64,000 nucleotides of DNA, from positions 19,568 through 83,567 of the forward strand of contig DATMGE010000077.1 of NCBI GenBank assembly GCA_035555795.1, in the 5' to 3' direction. Shown here one piece after another: positions 29,523 through 39,411 of this stretch. The notes beneath the pieces were generated by a model. It worked only from the letters and a program-made list of their open reading frames with translations. It ran no database searches and was not told the origin of the DNA. Numbering within the stretch: position 1 is the stretch's first letter; every line of letters starts with the position of its first letter. This DNA comes from Rhizobiaceae bacterium (GTDB lineage: Bacteria > Pseudomonadota > Alphaproteobacteria > Rhizobiales > Rhizobiaceae). A program made the position numbers and the translations under genes.

Positions 29523-30460
29523 TCAGAAGCGGATGACCAGCCTTCCCCTCGTCCCGCCGGCTTCCAGCCGGCGGTGGGCATCCGCGGCTCTTTCGGGCGG
29601 ATAGGTTTCCGCCACGCGCAGCGTGATCTCGCCACGCTCGACCTGTTGCCGAAGCCGGTCGAGCTTCTCCCATTCCTGCGCATAGGAGCGCACCAGGGTC
29701 GCCGTGAAACGGATATCGCGCTGCGGCGCGCCCAGAAAGCCGCGTACGGATGTGAAGGCGCCGCCGTCGCGGACGGCGGGAATGACGCGTTCATTGAGCA
29801 CGGCGCCGTCCGCGAGCCCGTCGACCCCTTCGGGGAAGTGCGCGCGAATGCGCGATGCGACGTCGTCGCCCCTGCGCACGACAATGTCGGCGCCGAGCGA
29901 GGCCACCAGATCCTCGTCCTTTCGGAGGCGTCGGCGATGACGGTGAGCCCTTCGGTCTTGGCGATCTGGATGACATAGCCGCCATAGGCGCCGGCCGCAC
30001 CCGTCACCGCGATGACCTGACCGGGCGACAGCCGGAGCAGGTCGAGGGATTGGCGCGCCGTTAGCCCGTTCATCGGCAGGGTGGCTGCCTCGGCATGCGT
30101 CTTGCCGGCCGGCGCGCGTGCGACCGATCGATGGTCGAGGACGATCTGCTCGCGATACGCGCCGTGGCTGCCCTTCGGCACGACGATCGCCATGACGGCA
30201 TCGCCGGGATTGAGCCTGTCCGGAACGCCTTCGCCGACTTCATCGACGGTCCCGGCCACCTCCATTCCCGGTATGTAGGGCGGCGGATCGACCTTCTGCT
30301 GCTCGGCGCGGGAACCGTCGCGTACGGCCATGTCGGTGGGGTTCACCGTCGCGGCATGGACGCGGATCCGCACCTGACCGGCACCGGCGTGAAGTTCGGG
30401 CAGATCGAGGACCTGAAGAACGTCCGGGGTGCCATGCGTGAAAAGTCCAACCGCCCGCAT
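29523..30460 (-). pseudogene. NADP-dependent quinone-reductase-like (MDR) oxidoreductase, frameshifted at about 29921
   Basis: [25 protein letters not shown], then continues in a second frame (LGAD..GRLVIRF); adding one A restores ADASEKDEDLVASLGAD. Confidence 0.82.
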
Positions 30461-30705
30461 CGCTTCATCCTTCCCTGCAATCGGATCCATCCTCGGCTGG
30501 ACGAGCCCGCGGGGTCAAGCGGTTCGTGCCGCCGGAAGAATAGTCCGGATCGGGCTTGACCCGCCTGCCTTTCGGGGGTGCTATTGGCGAATGGCTTTGT
30601 CGTGGCGGTTGGCTTCGAGATCGGCGTGCGGTTCCCATCCGTCGCCGGATGATTTGCCTATGTCCGGCGGCGCCTGATTTTCTCGCAGCATGTCAGGAGG
30701 TACCC

Positions 30706-32214
30706 ATGTCAGATCAAGGCAACCCCAGCAATCATCGGCCAACCGGCTCCACGACGGGCGCCGGCGCTCCCGCACCGAGCGACCGCAATTCGCTCAGCGT
30801 CGGCGCGGATGGCCCCATCTTGCTGCACGACGTGCATTTCCTCGAGCAGATGGCGCATTTCAACCGCGAGAAGGTGCCCGAGCGCCAGCCCCATGCGAAG
30901 GGCGCCGGTGCTTTCGGAGTCTTCGAGACGACCGAGGATGTGTCAGCCTATACAAGGGCCGCGCTGTTCCAGAAGGGTGCCTCGACCGAGATGCTGGCGC
31001 GCTTCTCCACCGTCGCCGGCGAGATGGGCAGCCCCGATACCTGGCGCGACGTGCGCGGCTTCAGCCTCAAATTCTACACCAGCGAGGGCAATTACGACCT
31101 CGTCGGCAACAATACGCCGATCTTCTTCGTGCGCGATCCGATGAAATTCCCGCATTTCATCCGCAGCCAGAAGCGGCTTCCGGATTCGGGCCTGCGCGAC
31201 AACCACATGCAGTGGGACTTCTGGACCAACAATCCCGAAAGCGCCCATCAGGTCACCTATCTGATGGGCGAGCGCGGCCTGCCCCGCACCTGGCGCAACA
31301 TGAACGGCTATGGTTCGCACACCTATATGTGGATCAATGCGAGGGGAGAGCGCTTCTGGGTCAAGTACCACTTCCATACCCAGCAGGGTATGGCGTTCTT
31401 CTCCAATGAGGAAGCCGCCGCCATGGCCGGCGCTGATGCCGATTTCCATCGCCGCGACCTGTTCGAGGCGATCGGGCGCGGCGAGCATCCGAGCTGGAAA
31501 CTGTCGGTCCAGATCATGCCCTATGAGGATGCGAAGACCTACCGGATCAATCCGTTCGACCTGACCAAGACCTGGCCGCATGCGGACTATCCGCTGATCC
31601 CGGTCGGCAGGATGACGCTCAACCGCAATCCGGAGAATTTCTTCGCCCAGATCGAGCAGGCGGCCTTCTCGCCCGGCAATACGGTGCCCGGCATCGGCCT
31701 GTCGCCGGACAAGATGCTTCTCGGCCGCGCCTTTGCCTATAATGACGCGCAGCGCAACCGCATCGGCACCAATTTCCATCAGTTGCCCGTCAACCAGCCC
31801 AAGGTGCCGGTGAACAGCTACATGTTCGATGGCCACATGGCCTATCATCATAGCGGCAACGAGCCGGTCTATGTGCCCAACAGCGGCGGGCGGGCCTGGG
31901 CCGACGAGACCGGGCCGGTGGCCGATGGCTGGGAGGCCGACGGTGCGATGGTGCGCAGCGCCTATACGCTGCGCAGCAATGACGACGATTTCGGCCAGCC
32001 GGGCATTCTCGTGCGCGACGTGTTCAACGACGACCAGCGCGCCAGGCTCGTGGATCAAGTGGCCGGCAGCCTGCTGGGCGGCGTTCGCGAACCGGTACTG
32101 GGTCGCGCATTCCAGTATTGGAAGAGCATCGATGCCGATGTCGGCGCCCGGATCGAGGAAAAGGTGCGTCGGGCCGGCGCGCCGAAGCCCGCCGAAGGCA
32201 TGGGAGAGGGCTGA
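30706..32214 (+). CDS. katA: Monofunctional small-subunit heme catalase
   Basis: [41 protein letters not shown]; AGGAGG RBS. Confidence 0.95.
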   Translation: MSDQGNPSNHRPTGSTTGAGAPAPSDRNSLSVGADGPILLHDVHFLEQMAHFNREKVPERQPHAKGAGAFGVFETTEDVSAYTRAALFQKGASTEMLARFSTVAGEMGSPDTWRDVRGFSLKFYTSEGNYDLVGNNTPIFFVRDPMKFPHFIRSQKRLPDSGLRDNHMQWDFWTNNPESAHQVTYLMGERGLPRTWRNMNGYGSHTYMWINARGERFWVKYHFHTQQGMAFFSNEEAAAMAGADADFHRRDLFEAIGRGEHPSWKLSVQIMPYEDAKTYRINPFDLTKTWPHADYPLIPVGRMTLNRNPENFFAQIEQAAFSPGNTVPGIGLSPDKMLLGRAFAYNDAQRNRIGTNFHQLPVNQPKVPVNSYMFDGHMAYHHSGNEPVYVPNSGGRAWADETGPVADGWEADGAMVRSAYTLRSNDDDFGQPGILVRDVFNDDQRARLVDQVAGSLLGGVREPVLGRAFQYWKSIDADVGARIEEKVRRAGAPKPAEGMGEG

Positions 32215-32240
32215 GCAAGCCGCGCTCCTCGTGTCGCGAA

Positions 32241-32280
32241 CCGCGCCCGTCCGTTCCCACAGCGGAACCGACGGGCGCGG
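32241..32280. terminator. Hairpin between convergent catalase and ABC permease genes
   Basis: CCGCGCCCGTC..GACGGGCGCGG 11-bp stem; no U-tract. Confidence 0.5.
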
Positions 32281-32289
32281 GACGGCGGT

Positions 32290-34026
32290 TCAGTTCACTT
32301 TCCACGGGGCCGCGCCGGGCGCAAGGCGCGAGCCCAGCGCCCCCGCCGCTGCGGCGAGCAGGAGGGTCACGGCCACGATCACCGTTGCGAGCGCCGCGGC
32401 CCCGGTCGAGTTGCCCTCATATTGAAGCTGGAAGACCAGCACGCCCAGCGTTTCGTTTCCCGTCGACCACAGCAGCGCCGAAAGGGTGAGCTCGTTGAAG
32501 GCGGTCATGAAGACGAGCAGCGCGCCGGCCATGGCCGCAGGCAATACCGCCGGCGCAACGACCGAGGCCAGCCGCCGCAGCGGCTGAGCGCCGACGATGC
32601 GCGCCGCCTCGTCGACGGCCGGATCGAGGCTCTGCATGGCGCCCGCGACCGGCCGTTGCGCCAGCAGGAGGAAGCGGCCCAGATAGGCGACCAGCAATAT
32701 CCAGAAGCTGCCATAGATCGACACGCCGAGAAGCGGCAGCGGCGGCAGGAACACGATGATGACGCCCAGCGCCAGCACCGTGCCCGGCACCGCATAGGGC
32801 GCCTCGGCGGCGGCGTCGAGAAAGCGCGCCACGCCGCGGCCGCGTATGACGGCCGCATAGGAGAGCGCGACCGACACCAGGGCCGACAGGATGGCGGCAA
32901 TGGAGGCAAGCGCGAAACTGTTGGCGAAGGCGCGCCGCACCGTCTCGCTGTGGGTCAGCCGTGCGAAATTGTCGAGTGTCAGCGTGTCCCAGCCGAGCTT
33001 CATGCCGATGGCGGGAACCAGCGCGCTCGACAGCAAGGCGAGCAGCGGCAGAACGGAAAGCACCGCCAGCGCCAGCCATGTGGCGGCTGCCGCTGGCATG
33101 CGTCCGCGCCCGAGTTTCATCGGGACGATGGACGCGCCGCTGCGGTCGAGCGTGCCGGCGCGCCGGACGAGCGCATATCGCAGCAGCAGCCCGGCTGCCG
33201 CGAGCGAGACGAGCAGCAGGGTGATGGCGGCCACTTCGCCGAGCACCGAAGGGCCGAAGCCGTTCAACCGCTGGTAGATCAGCGTCGTCAGCAACGTGAT
33301 GCGGCCCGGTATGCCGAGCAGGGCCGGCACGCCGAAATTGCCGATCGCGGAGACGAAGGCGAGGGCTGCCCCCGCCAGCACGGCCGGCAATATGGCGGGC
33401 AGGACGATCCCCGTCACGATGCGGCTCCGGCGCGCGCCGGCGATCCGCGCCGCCTCGACCAGATCCTGCGGCAGCACGCTGATGCCCGCCGCCACCGAAA
33501 GCAGGACCAGCGGCATATGTTCGAGACCCATCACCCAGACGATGCCGGACATGGAATAGATCGGGTTGGTCTGGCCGGGCGCCGGCGCAAGGCCGAACAG
33601 AGCCAGCAGCGTGCTCGACGGGCCGGTCAGCTCGATCCATGCCAGCGCCGAGATTTGCGGTGGGATCAGCATGGGCAGCAGCGCAAGGAACAGCAGCGCG
33701 CGGCGGCCAGGCAGGTCCGTCAATCGCAGCAGGAGGGTGAGGGCGGTGCCGAGGATCGTCGAGACGGCGGTCGAAAGCAGCGCAGCCTGCACGGTGTTGT
33801 TGAGCGCGCGGGCAACCGAGCGGCTGGCGAGCGTCTCGGCGGCGATGCCGAGCAATGCGCCGTCCGCGCCGGGCCGCAGCGCTTCGGCGAGAAGCCGGCC
33901 GAGCGGCAGGATGGCGACGATCGCCACATAGGCGAAGAGGCCCGCAAGCAGCAGGGCCTCCCCGGAAAGGCGGTGCGCGGCCGGTTGTGCCGGCCGGCGC
34001 CCGAATGTCGCGGTCGCGTCAGCCAC
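32290..34026 (-). CDS. FbpB/AfuB-family ABC permease
   Basis: Two EAARI(A/V)GA loops, GNFGVP, PGTVLALG; GTG start overlapping the SBP stop. Confidence 0.9.
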   Translation of the reverse strand: MADATATFGRRPAQPAAHRLSGEALLLAGLFAYVAIVAILPLGRLLAEALRPGADGALLGIAAETLASRSVARALNNTVQAALLSTAVSTILGTALTLLLRLTDLPGRRALLFLALLPMLIPPQISALAWIELTGPSSTLLALFGLAPAPGQTNPIYSMSGIVWVMGLEHMPLVLLSVAAGISVLPQDLVEAARIAGARRSRIVTGIVLPAILPAVLAGAALAFVSAIGNFGVPALLGIPGRITLLTTLIYQRLNGFGPSVLGEVAAITLLLVSLAAAGLLLRYALVRRAGTLDRSGASIVPMKLGRGRMPAAAATWLALAVLSVLPLLALLSSALVPAIGMKLGWDTLTLDNFARLTHSETVRRAFANSFALASIAAILSALVSVALSYAAVIRGRGVARFLDAAAEAPYAVPGTVLALGVIIVFLPPLPLLGVSIYGSFWILLVAYLGRFLLLAQRPVAGAMQSLDPAVDEAARIVGAQPLRRLASVVAPAVLPAAMAGALLVFMTAFNELTLSALLWSTGNETLGVLVFQLQYEGNSTGAAALATVIVAVTLLLAAAAGALGSRLAPGAAPWKVN

Positions 34027-35005
34027 CGAAAAGGTCGGCGAAGGCCTTCTTGTTGGCCGCATCGTCGGCCAGCATCTTCGCCGGGTCCGAAGGCAGGACG
34101 GTCAGCGAGGACATCGCGGGATAGCCGGCCGGCGGCTCGACGCCGTCGAAGATCGGGAAATAGCCCTGTTCGACCGACTGGCGCTGCGCCGTTTCCGAAA
34201 GCTGCCAGTCGACGAAGACCTTGGCGGCATCGAGGCTGTCGCTGCCCTGCAGGATGGCGACCGGCTGGGTGATCGACGACACGCCTTCCTTCGGGAAGAC
34301 GAAGTCGACGGGCGAGCCCTTGGCCTTGGCGTTCAGCGCCATGTATTCGATGATGATGCCATAGGGCTTCTCGCCGCGGGCGACCGCCTCGACGACGGTG
34401 CCGTTACCCTGACCGGCAACAGCGCCGTTCTCTGCCAGCTTCTCGTAATAATCCCAACCGAACTGCTCCTGCTGGGTCATGGTGCCGACATGGATCACCG
34501 CCGCGCCGGAATAGAGCGGGCTCGGCATGATCAGGCCGGACGCAATGGCCTTGTCGGTGAGGTCGGCCCAGGAGGCGGGCGGCGTCTTCACCAGATTGGT
34601 ATTGTAGATGATGCCGGTGGTGATCAACTTCGTGCCGAAGAAGGTCATGTCGGGATCGACCACGCTCTTGGGGAGCTTCTCGACCGGCGCGTCCTTGTAG
34701 GCATAGAGCAGGCCCTGGTCCTTCACCTGCGTCATGGCGACGGCGTCGGCGATCAACAGCACGTCGGCCTGGATGGCGCCGGCCGCATGCTCGGCCTGGA
34801 GCTTGCTCATCAGTTCGGTGGTGCCGGAGCGGAACAGCTCGACCTTGATGCCGGGATGATCCTCGTTGAAGGCGGCGATCACGGCCTGCATCTGATCCGT
34901 CGGCTGCGAGGTGTAGACGGTGATGGTCGCGTCCTGTGCGGATGCGGCGAAGGGCGCGGCGGCCAGCAACAGGGCGGCCGAAAGCGCACGGAAGGTGGAC
35001 AACAT
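34019..35005 (-). CDS. FbpA/AfuA-family ABC substrate-binding protein
   Basis: Signal peptide, TVYTSQP, PSPLYSGAA, FVFPKEG. Confidence 0.9.
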   Translation of the reverse strand: MLSTFRALSAALLLAAAPFAASAQDATITVYTSQPTDQMQAVIAAFNEDHPGIKVELFRSGTTELMSKLQAEHAAGAIQADVLLIADAVAMTQVKDQGLLYAYKDAPVEKLPKSVVDPDMTFFGTKLITTGIIYNTNLVKTPPASWADLTDKAIASGLIMPSPLYSGAAVIHVGTMTQQEQFGWDYYEKLAENGAVAGQGNGTVVEAVARGEKPYGIIIEYMALNAKAKGSPVDFVFPKEGVSSITQPVAILQGSDSLDAAKVFVDWQLSETAQRQSVEQGYFPIFDGVEPPAGYPAMSSLTVLPSDPAKMLADDAANKKAFADLFGG

Positions 35006-35069
35006 GGGAACCTCTTGGACAGGGCGGTCACGGGAGACCTGAAAGCGGATGGAGCCTTAGGCCGCGCAA

Positions 35070-35087
35070 GTGACAGCCGCGTGACGG
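35070..35087 (-). promoter_or_regulatory. Pho box
   Basis: CCGTCAC-GCGG-CTGTCAC, 11-bp period. Confidence 0.65.
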
Positions 35088-35093
35088 CGCGGC

Positions 35094-36149
35094 TTACGGA
35101 CCGGCAGGCGGTATCAGCCATGCATGGCCGATGGTCAGCGCGATCCTGTCGCCGGGCTTCATCCTGCGCGTCGCATGCGCGACGAGGACGGAGCCATCAT
35201 CGAGCCCGCAGCGCAATGCGTAGTAGCCGCCGCGATAGATGCAGGAGATGACGGTGGCCGGCAGCGCACCGTCCGCCTGCGGGTCGGCAAGCGCGACATT
35301 CTCCGGCCTGACGGAGGCGAGTTGGGTTCCCGGCGCCTCTGCCGGCGGTGCCGCGAAGGATCGCCCGCCGATGGCGAACGACCCGCCGGCCTGCGCATCC
35401 TGCCGCACATTGACGGGCAGCACGACGCCGTCGCCGATGAAGCGCGCGACCATGGCGGTTGCCGGCCGCGCATACAGCGTCTCGGGTGCGCCGCTTTGTT
35501 CGATGCGCCCTCCGTCCATCACCACGATCCGGTCGGCGATCGCCATCGCCTCGGCCTGGTCATGCGTGACGAAGACGAAGGTGGCGCGAGTCTCCTCGCT
35601 GATGCGGCGGAACTCGTCCAGCATGAGCGCGCGCAGATGGGCGTCGAGATTGGCGAGCGGCTCGTCGAGGAGGATCAGCGAGGGCGACATTGCGAGGCAG
35701 CGCGCCAGCGCGGCGCGCTGGCGCTGGCCGCCGGAGAGCTCCGCTGGCCGGCGCGTGCCGAACTCGGCCAGCCCGACGCGGCGCAAGGCTGCATCCACGG
35801 CGGCGTCGATCTGCTTTCTGGCCATGCCGCGCACGCGCAGGCCGAAGGCGACGTTTTCCGCCACGGTCATCGTCGGCCACAGCGCATAGGACTGGAACAC
35901 CATGCCCAGCCCGCGATGCTCCGGCTCGATGAAAACGCCCTTGCCGGCGACGATGCGGTCGCCCAGGGCGATCTCGCCGCTGTCGGGCCTCTCCAGTCCG
36001 GCAATGAGCCGCAGCAGCGTGGTCTTTCCGCATCCCGACGGGCCGAGCAGCGCCACGAATTCGCCCGAGGGGATTTCCAGATCCACCCGGTCGACCGCCC
36101 TCGTGCCGGCGAAGGCCCTGGAAACACCGGATAGGGTGAGTGTCGTCAT
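35094..36149 (-). CDS. FbpC/AfuC-family ABC ATPase
   Basis: GPSGCGKT, FQSYALWP, LSGGQRQR, DEPLANLD, TOBE. Confidence 0.92.
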   Translation of the reverse strand: MTTLTLSGVSRAFAGTRAVDRVDLEIPSGEFVALLGPSGCGKTTLLRLIAGLERPDSGEIALGDRIVAGKGVFIEPEHRGLGMVFQSYALWPTMTVAENVAFGLRVRGMARKQIDAAVDAALRRVGLAEFGTRRPAELSGGQRQRAALARCLAMSPSLILLDEPLANLDAHLRALMLDEFRRISEETRATFVFVTHDQAEAMAIADRIVVMDGGRIEQSGAPETLYARPATAMVARFIGDGVVLPVNVRQDAQAGGSFAIGGRSFAAPPAEAPGTQLASVRPENVALADPQADGALPATVISCIYRGGYYALRCGLDDGSVLVAHATRRMKPGDRIALTIGHAWLIPPAGP

Positions 36150-36222
36150 CTGTCCTGCCTGTCGGAGCGGCGGATGCGGGAGACGTCCGCCGATCCTCTT
36201 CCTGATCAGCAGCCAGCCTCCT

Positions 36223-36251
36223 ATGACGTTTGGGCGACAATCATGTGTCAG
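36223..36251 (-). promoter_or_regulatory. Pho box (three 11-bp units)
   Basis: CTGACAC-ATGA-TTGTCGC-CCAA-ACGTCAT. Confidence 0.55.
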
Positions 36252-36355
36252 CGACCGCAGGCAACCTCCCGCGAGCGGGGATGTCCATGGCCGTTGCTTC
36301 CAGATCCGGTTATGATCATCCGAATTCAGGGCGGATTGTGCCTTCGGAGGAAGAA

Positions 36356-37267
36356 ATGGACCGGCTCGAATGCGACCGCATGTTCATTGCCGTCATGGAA
36401 ACCGGCAGCTTCGTTGGCGCCGCGCAGCGGCTGGGGACCAGTTCCGGCCAGGCCTCCAAGCTGGTCTCGCGGCTGGAAAGCGATCTCGGGGCGCGGCTCC
36501 TGAACCGGACGACGCGGACGGTGTCGCCGACGGAAGCGGGGCAGGCCTATTATGAAAGGCTGCGTCCGCTTATCGACGAACTCGATATGCTGGACCTCGA
36601 TATCCGCAGCATTTCTCAATCTCCGCGCGGCCGGCTTCGCCTCACCGCGCCGCTCACCTTCGGCGTCGTGGAACTTGCGCCGGCGCTCAACGTCTTCGCC
36701 GCCCGATATCCCGATATCGAACTCGATGTGAGCTTCTCCGACCGGGTGGTCAATCTGCTGGACGAAGGGTTCGACATGGCCGTGCGGGTCGGCCGCCCGA
36801 ACGATTCGAGCCTCATCATCCGCAGGCTGTGCGTAGTGCGCATCGTCGTGGTCGCGGCACCGGACTATATCGAGCGGCATGGCGCGCCCGAAACGCCCGC
36901 CGATCTGGCAGGGCATGTCTGCATCGTCGATACCAATTTCCGCGAGCCGCAGCGCTGGCCCTTCAGCGACAAGGACGGAAAGGTGCAGCTGGCCGGCGTG
37001 CAGGGGCGGATACGCTATTCCAACACCGAGGCCTGCCTCCAGGCGGCCGAAGCCGGTCTCGGCCTTGCCTGCGTTCCCGGCTTCGTGGCCGGCGAGGCAA
37101 TCCGATCGGGGCGCGTGGTCCGTCTTCTCCAGGCGTTCGAGCCGGAGCCCTATGAAGTCCACGCCCTCTATCCGCACAGCCGCCATCTCGCGGCGAAGGT
37201 CCGGCTGCTCGTCGATTTCCTGGTGGAGCGCTATCACGGTCCGCCGCGATGGGAAGCAGGCTGGTAG
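36356..37267 (+). CDS. LysR-family regulator (CrgA-like)
   Basis: GSFVGAAQRLG, LLNRTTR, EGFDMAVRVG, AKVRLLVDFL. Confidence 0.93.
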   Translation: MDRLECDRMFIAVMETGSFVGAAQRLGTSSGQASKLVSRLESDLGARLLNRTTRTVSPTEAGQAYYERLRPLIDELDMLDLDIRSISQSPRGRLRLTAPLTFGVVELAPALNVFAARYPDIELDVSFSDRVVNLLDEGFDMAVRVGRPNDSSLIIRRLCVVRIVVVAAPDYIERHGAPETPADLAGHVCIVDTNFREPQRWPFSDKDGKVQLAGVQGRIRYSNTEACLQAAEAGLGLACVPGFVAGEAIRSGRVVRLLQAFEPEPYEVHALYPHSRHLAAKVRLLVDFLVERYHGPPRWEAGW

Positions 37268-37380
37268 ATTGCTTCCATAATGGATTTAATCTACTTCCAT
37301 TCGTCTGGATTATCTTCAGAAAGGATCGGTGCCATCTTCTTGTGAACACGCAGACCGCGTCATCGCAAAGGAGAACGGAC

Positions 37381-38013
37381 ATGAACATTTCGATCATCGG
37401 TGCCGGCAATATGGGAAAGGGGCTTGCCGCCCTCTTCGCTAAGGCCGGCCATAAGGTCGCCCTGGCCGCCCGGGACACCGACAAGGCCGTGGCCGCGGCG
37501 AACGAACTGGGCGCCGGCGTCACTGCGGTTGCCATCGCCAAGGCAGGCGAGGGGGCCGACATCGTCGTGCTGGCGGTGCCCTACGAAGCGGCTGCGGCCG
37601 CTGTCGAAGCCGCCGGCGGTCTTGCCGGAAAGCTGGTCGTCGACATCACCAATCCGATGAAGGCGGACTTTTCTAGCCTGAGCATCGGCCACACGACCAG
37701 CGCGGCCGAGGAAATCCAGAAGAGCGCACCCGCCGCACGCGTGGTGAAGGCTTTCAACACCATCTTCGCACAGGTGCTCCAGAATGGCGGGCAGGCGGGC
37801 GGTCGCCCGGCCACGGTCTTCGTGGCGTCCGATGATGCCGATGCCCGCGCCAGCATTGCCGAACTCGCGCGCAGTGCCGGATTCGAGACGGTCGAGACGG
37901 GCAATCTCGCCTCCGCACGCCTCCTTGAACCGGTCGCGGCCCTGAACATCGCGCTGGGCTACGGCCTTGGCCACGGCACCGACATCGCACCCACCTGGCA
38001 GCGGACTGCCTGA
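37381..38013 (+). CDS. NADPH-dependent F420-reductase-like oxidoreductase
   Basis: IIGAGNMG, LAVPY, DITNP, VVKAFNT. Confidence 0.9.
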   Translation: MNISIIGAGNMGKGLAALFAKAGHKVALAARDTDKAVAAANELGAGVTAVAIAKAGEGADIVVLAVPYEAAAAAVEAAGGLAGKLVVDITNPMKADFSSLSIGHTTSAAEEIQKSAPAARVVKAFNTIFAQVLQNGGQAGGRPATVFVASDDADARASIAELARSAGFETVETGNLASARLLEPVAALNIALGYGLGHGTDIAPTWQRTA

Positions 38014-38036
38014 CATATCCGACAAGGAACAAGACC

Positions 38037-38480
38037 ATGACCGATGCAACCTATGAAAACGCCCCCCGGACCTCTCTCGTCGCCGGCGTCGCCAATGCCG
38101 AGCTTGCCGCAACGATCCTGCGCGTCTCAATGGGCGTCCTCTTCCTCGCCCATGCGGGGCTGAAGCTCTTCGTCTTTACCCCGGCGGGAACGGCAGCCTA
38201 TTTCGCCAGCCTCGGCTTTCCCGGCTTCCTCGCCTATCTCGTCATCGCGGCGGAACTTGCCGGCGGCATCGCGCTGATCCTCGGCGTCGCCACCCGCTGG
38301 GTGTCGCTCGCTCTGGTGCCGGTGCTGCTCGGTTCCATCTATGCGCCGCATGGCGCGGCCGGCTTCTTCTTTTCCAATGAAGGCGGCGGCTGGGAGTTTC
38401 CCGCCTTCTGGGCGGTCGCTCTCATCGTCCAGGCCCTTCTTGGAGACGGCGCCTTCGCGCTCAAGCGTGGCCGCGCCTGA
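38037..38480 (+). CDS. DoxX-family membrane protein (CatD-like)
   Basis: LR..G..FLAH..KLF, ELAGG, GGGWEFP, GDGAFAL. Confidence 0.9.
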   Translation: MTDATYENAPRTSLVAGVANAELAATILRVSMGVLFLAHAGLKLFVFTPAGTAAYFASLGFPGFLAYLVIAAELAGGIALILGVATRWVSLALVPVLLGSIYAPHGAAGFFFSNEGGGWEFPAFWAVALIVQALLGDGAFALKRGRA

Positions 38481-38536
38481 CCTTCCCACTCGACCGCGGG
38501 GCAAGCCTCGCGGTCCCCTCGATCCGGAGATCTGCC

Positions 38537-39400
38537 ATGACTGCCGCAACCGAACATTTCGATATGAGCACGGTGCCGATGCGCATCGGCACCGTCCGGC
38601 TGAAGGTGCGTGACCTCGACGCCGTGTCGGACTTCTACCAGCGCATGCTGGGGCTGGTCCCGCTCGAGAAGGGAAAGAGCGGGGCGATATTGGGGACGGA
38701 TGCAACGCCGCTGCTGGCGCTTGAAGGTGACGCGGGCCTGAGGCCCGGCGACCAGCGTCAGGCAGGGCTCTTCCACACCGCCTTCCTGATGCCCACGCGT
38801 GCCGACCTTGCCTGCTGGCTGGGCCATATCGCGACCATCCGGGCACCGTTGCAGGGCGCGTCGGACCATATTGTCAGCGAGGCGCTCTATCTTGCCGATC
38901 CCGAGGGCAATGGCATCGAAGTCTATGCCGACCGCCCGGTCTCCCGCTGGCGCGGCGCCAATGGCGCGATCCATATGACCACGGACCCGCTCGACATTCA
39001 GGATCTCCTGAATGCCGCCGGCGAAACCCGCTGGACCGGCTTTCCGAAGGGCGGCAGCATCGGCCATGTCCACCTGCAGGTGGGCGACACGGCAGCGGCG
39101 GATCGCTTCTACCGCGATGTGCTGGGCTTCGACATCGCTTCCGACTATCCCGGCGCAAGCTTCTACGGCAGCGGCGGCTATCATCATCAACTGGCCGGCA
39201 ATATCTGGAACAGCCGTGGCGCGGGCCTTCGGCCGCAGGGCATTGCGGGGCTCGACAGCGTCGAGATCGTCATGCGCGATGCGGACGACATCGCGACGAT
39301 CGCGGCACGCGCCGAAAGCGCCGGCATCGAAACCGTGAACAGCCCCGAGGGCACGACCCTGCGCGATCCGTGGGGAACCGCCATCAGGCTCGTCGGCTGA
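38537..39400 (+). CDS. CatE-like VOC protein (catechol 2,3-dioxygenase family)
   Basis: GLFHTAFL, DHIVSEALYLADPEGNGIEVY, GHVHLQV, GGYHHQ. Confidence 0.88.
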   Translation: MTAATEHFDMSTVPMRIGTVRLKVRDLDAVSDFYQRMLGLVPLEKGKSGAILGTDATPLLALEGDAGLRPGDQRQAGLFHTAFLMPTRADLACWLGHIATIRAPLQGASDHIVSEALYLADPEGNGIEVYADRPVSRWRGANGAIHMTTDPLDIQDLLNAAGETRWTGFPKGGSIGHVHLQVGDTAAADRFYRDVLGFDIASDYPGASFYGSGGYHHQLAGNIWNSRGAGLRPQGIAGLDSVEIVMRDADDIATIAARAESAGIETVNSPEGTTLRDPWGTAIRLVG

Positions 39401-39411
39401 GGAGAAACATC

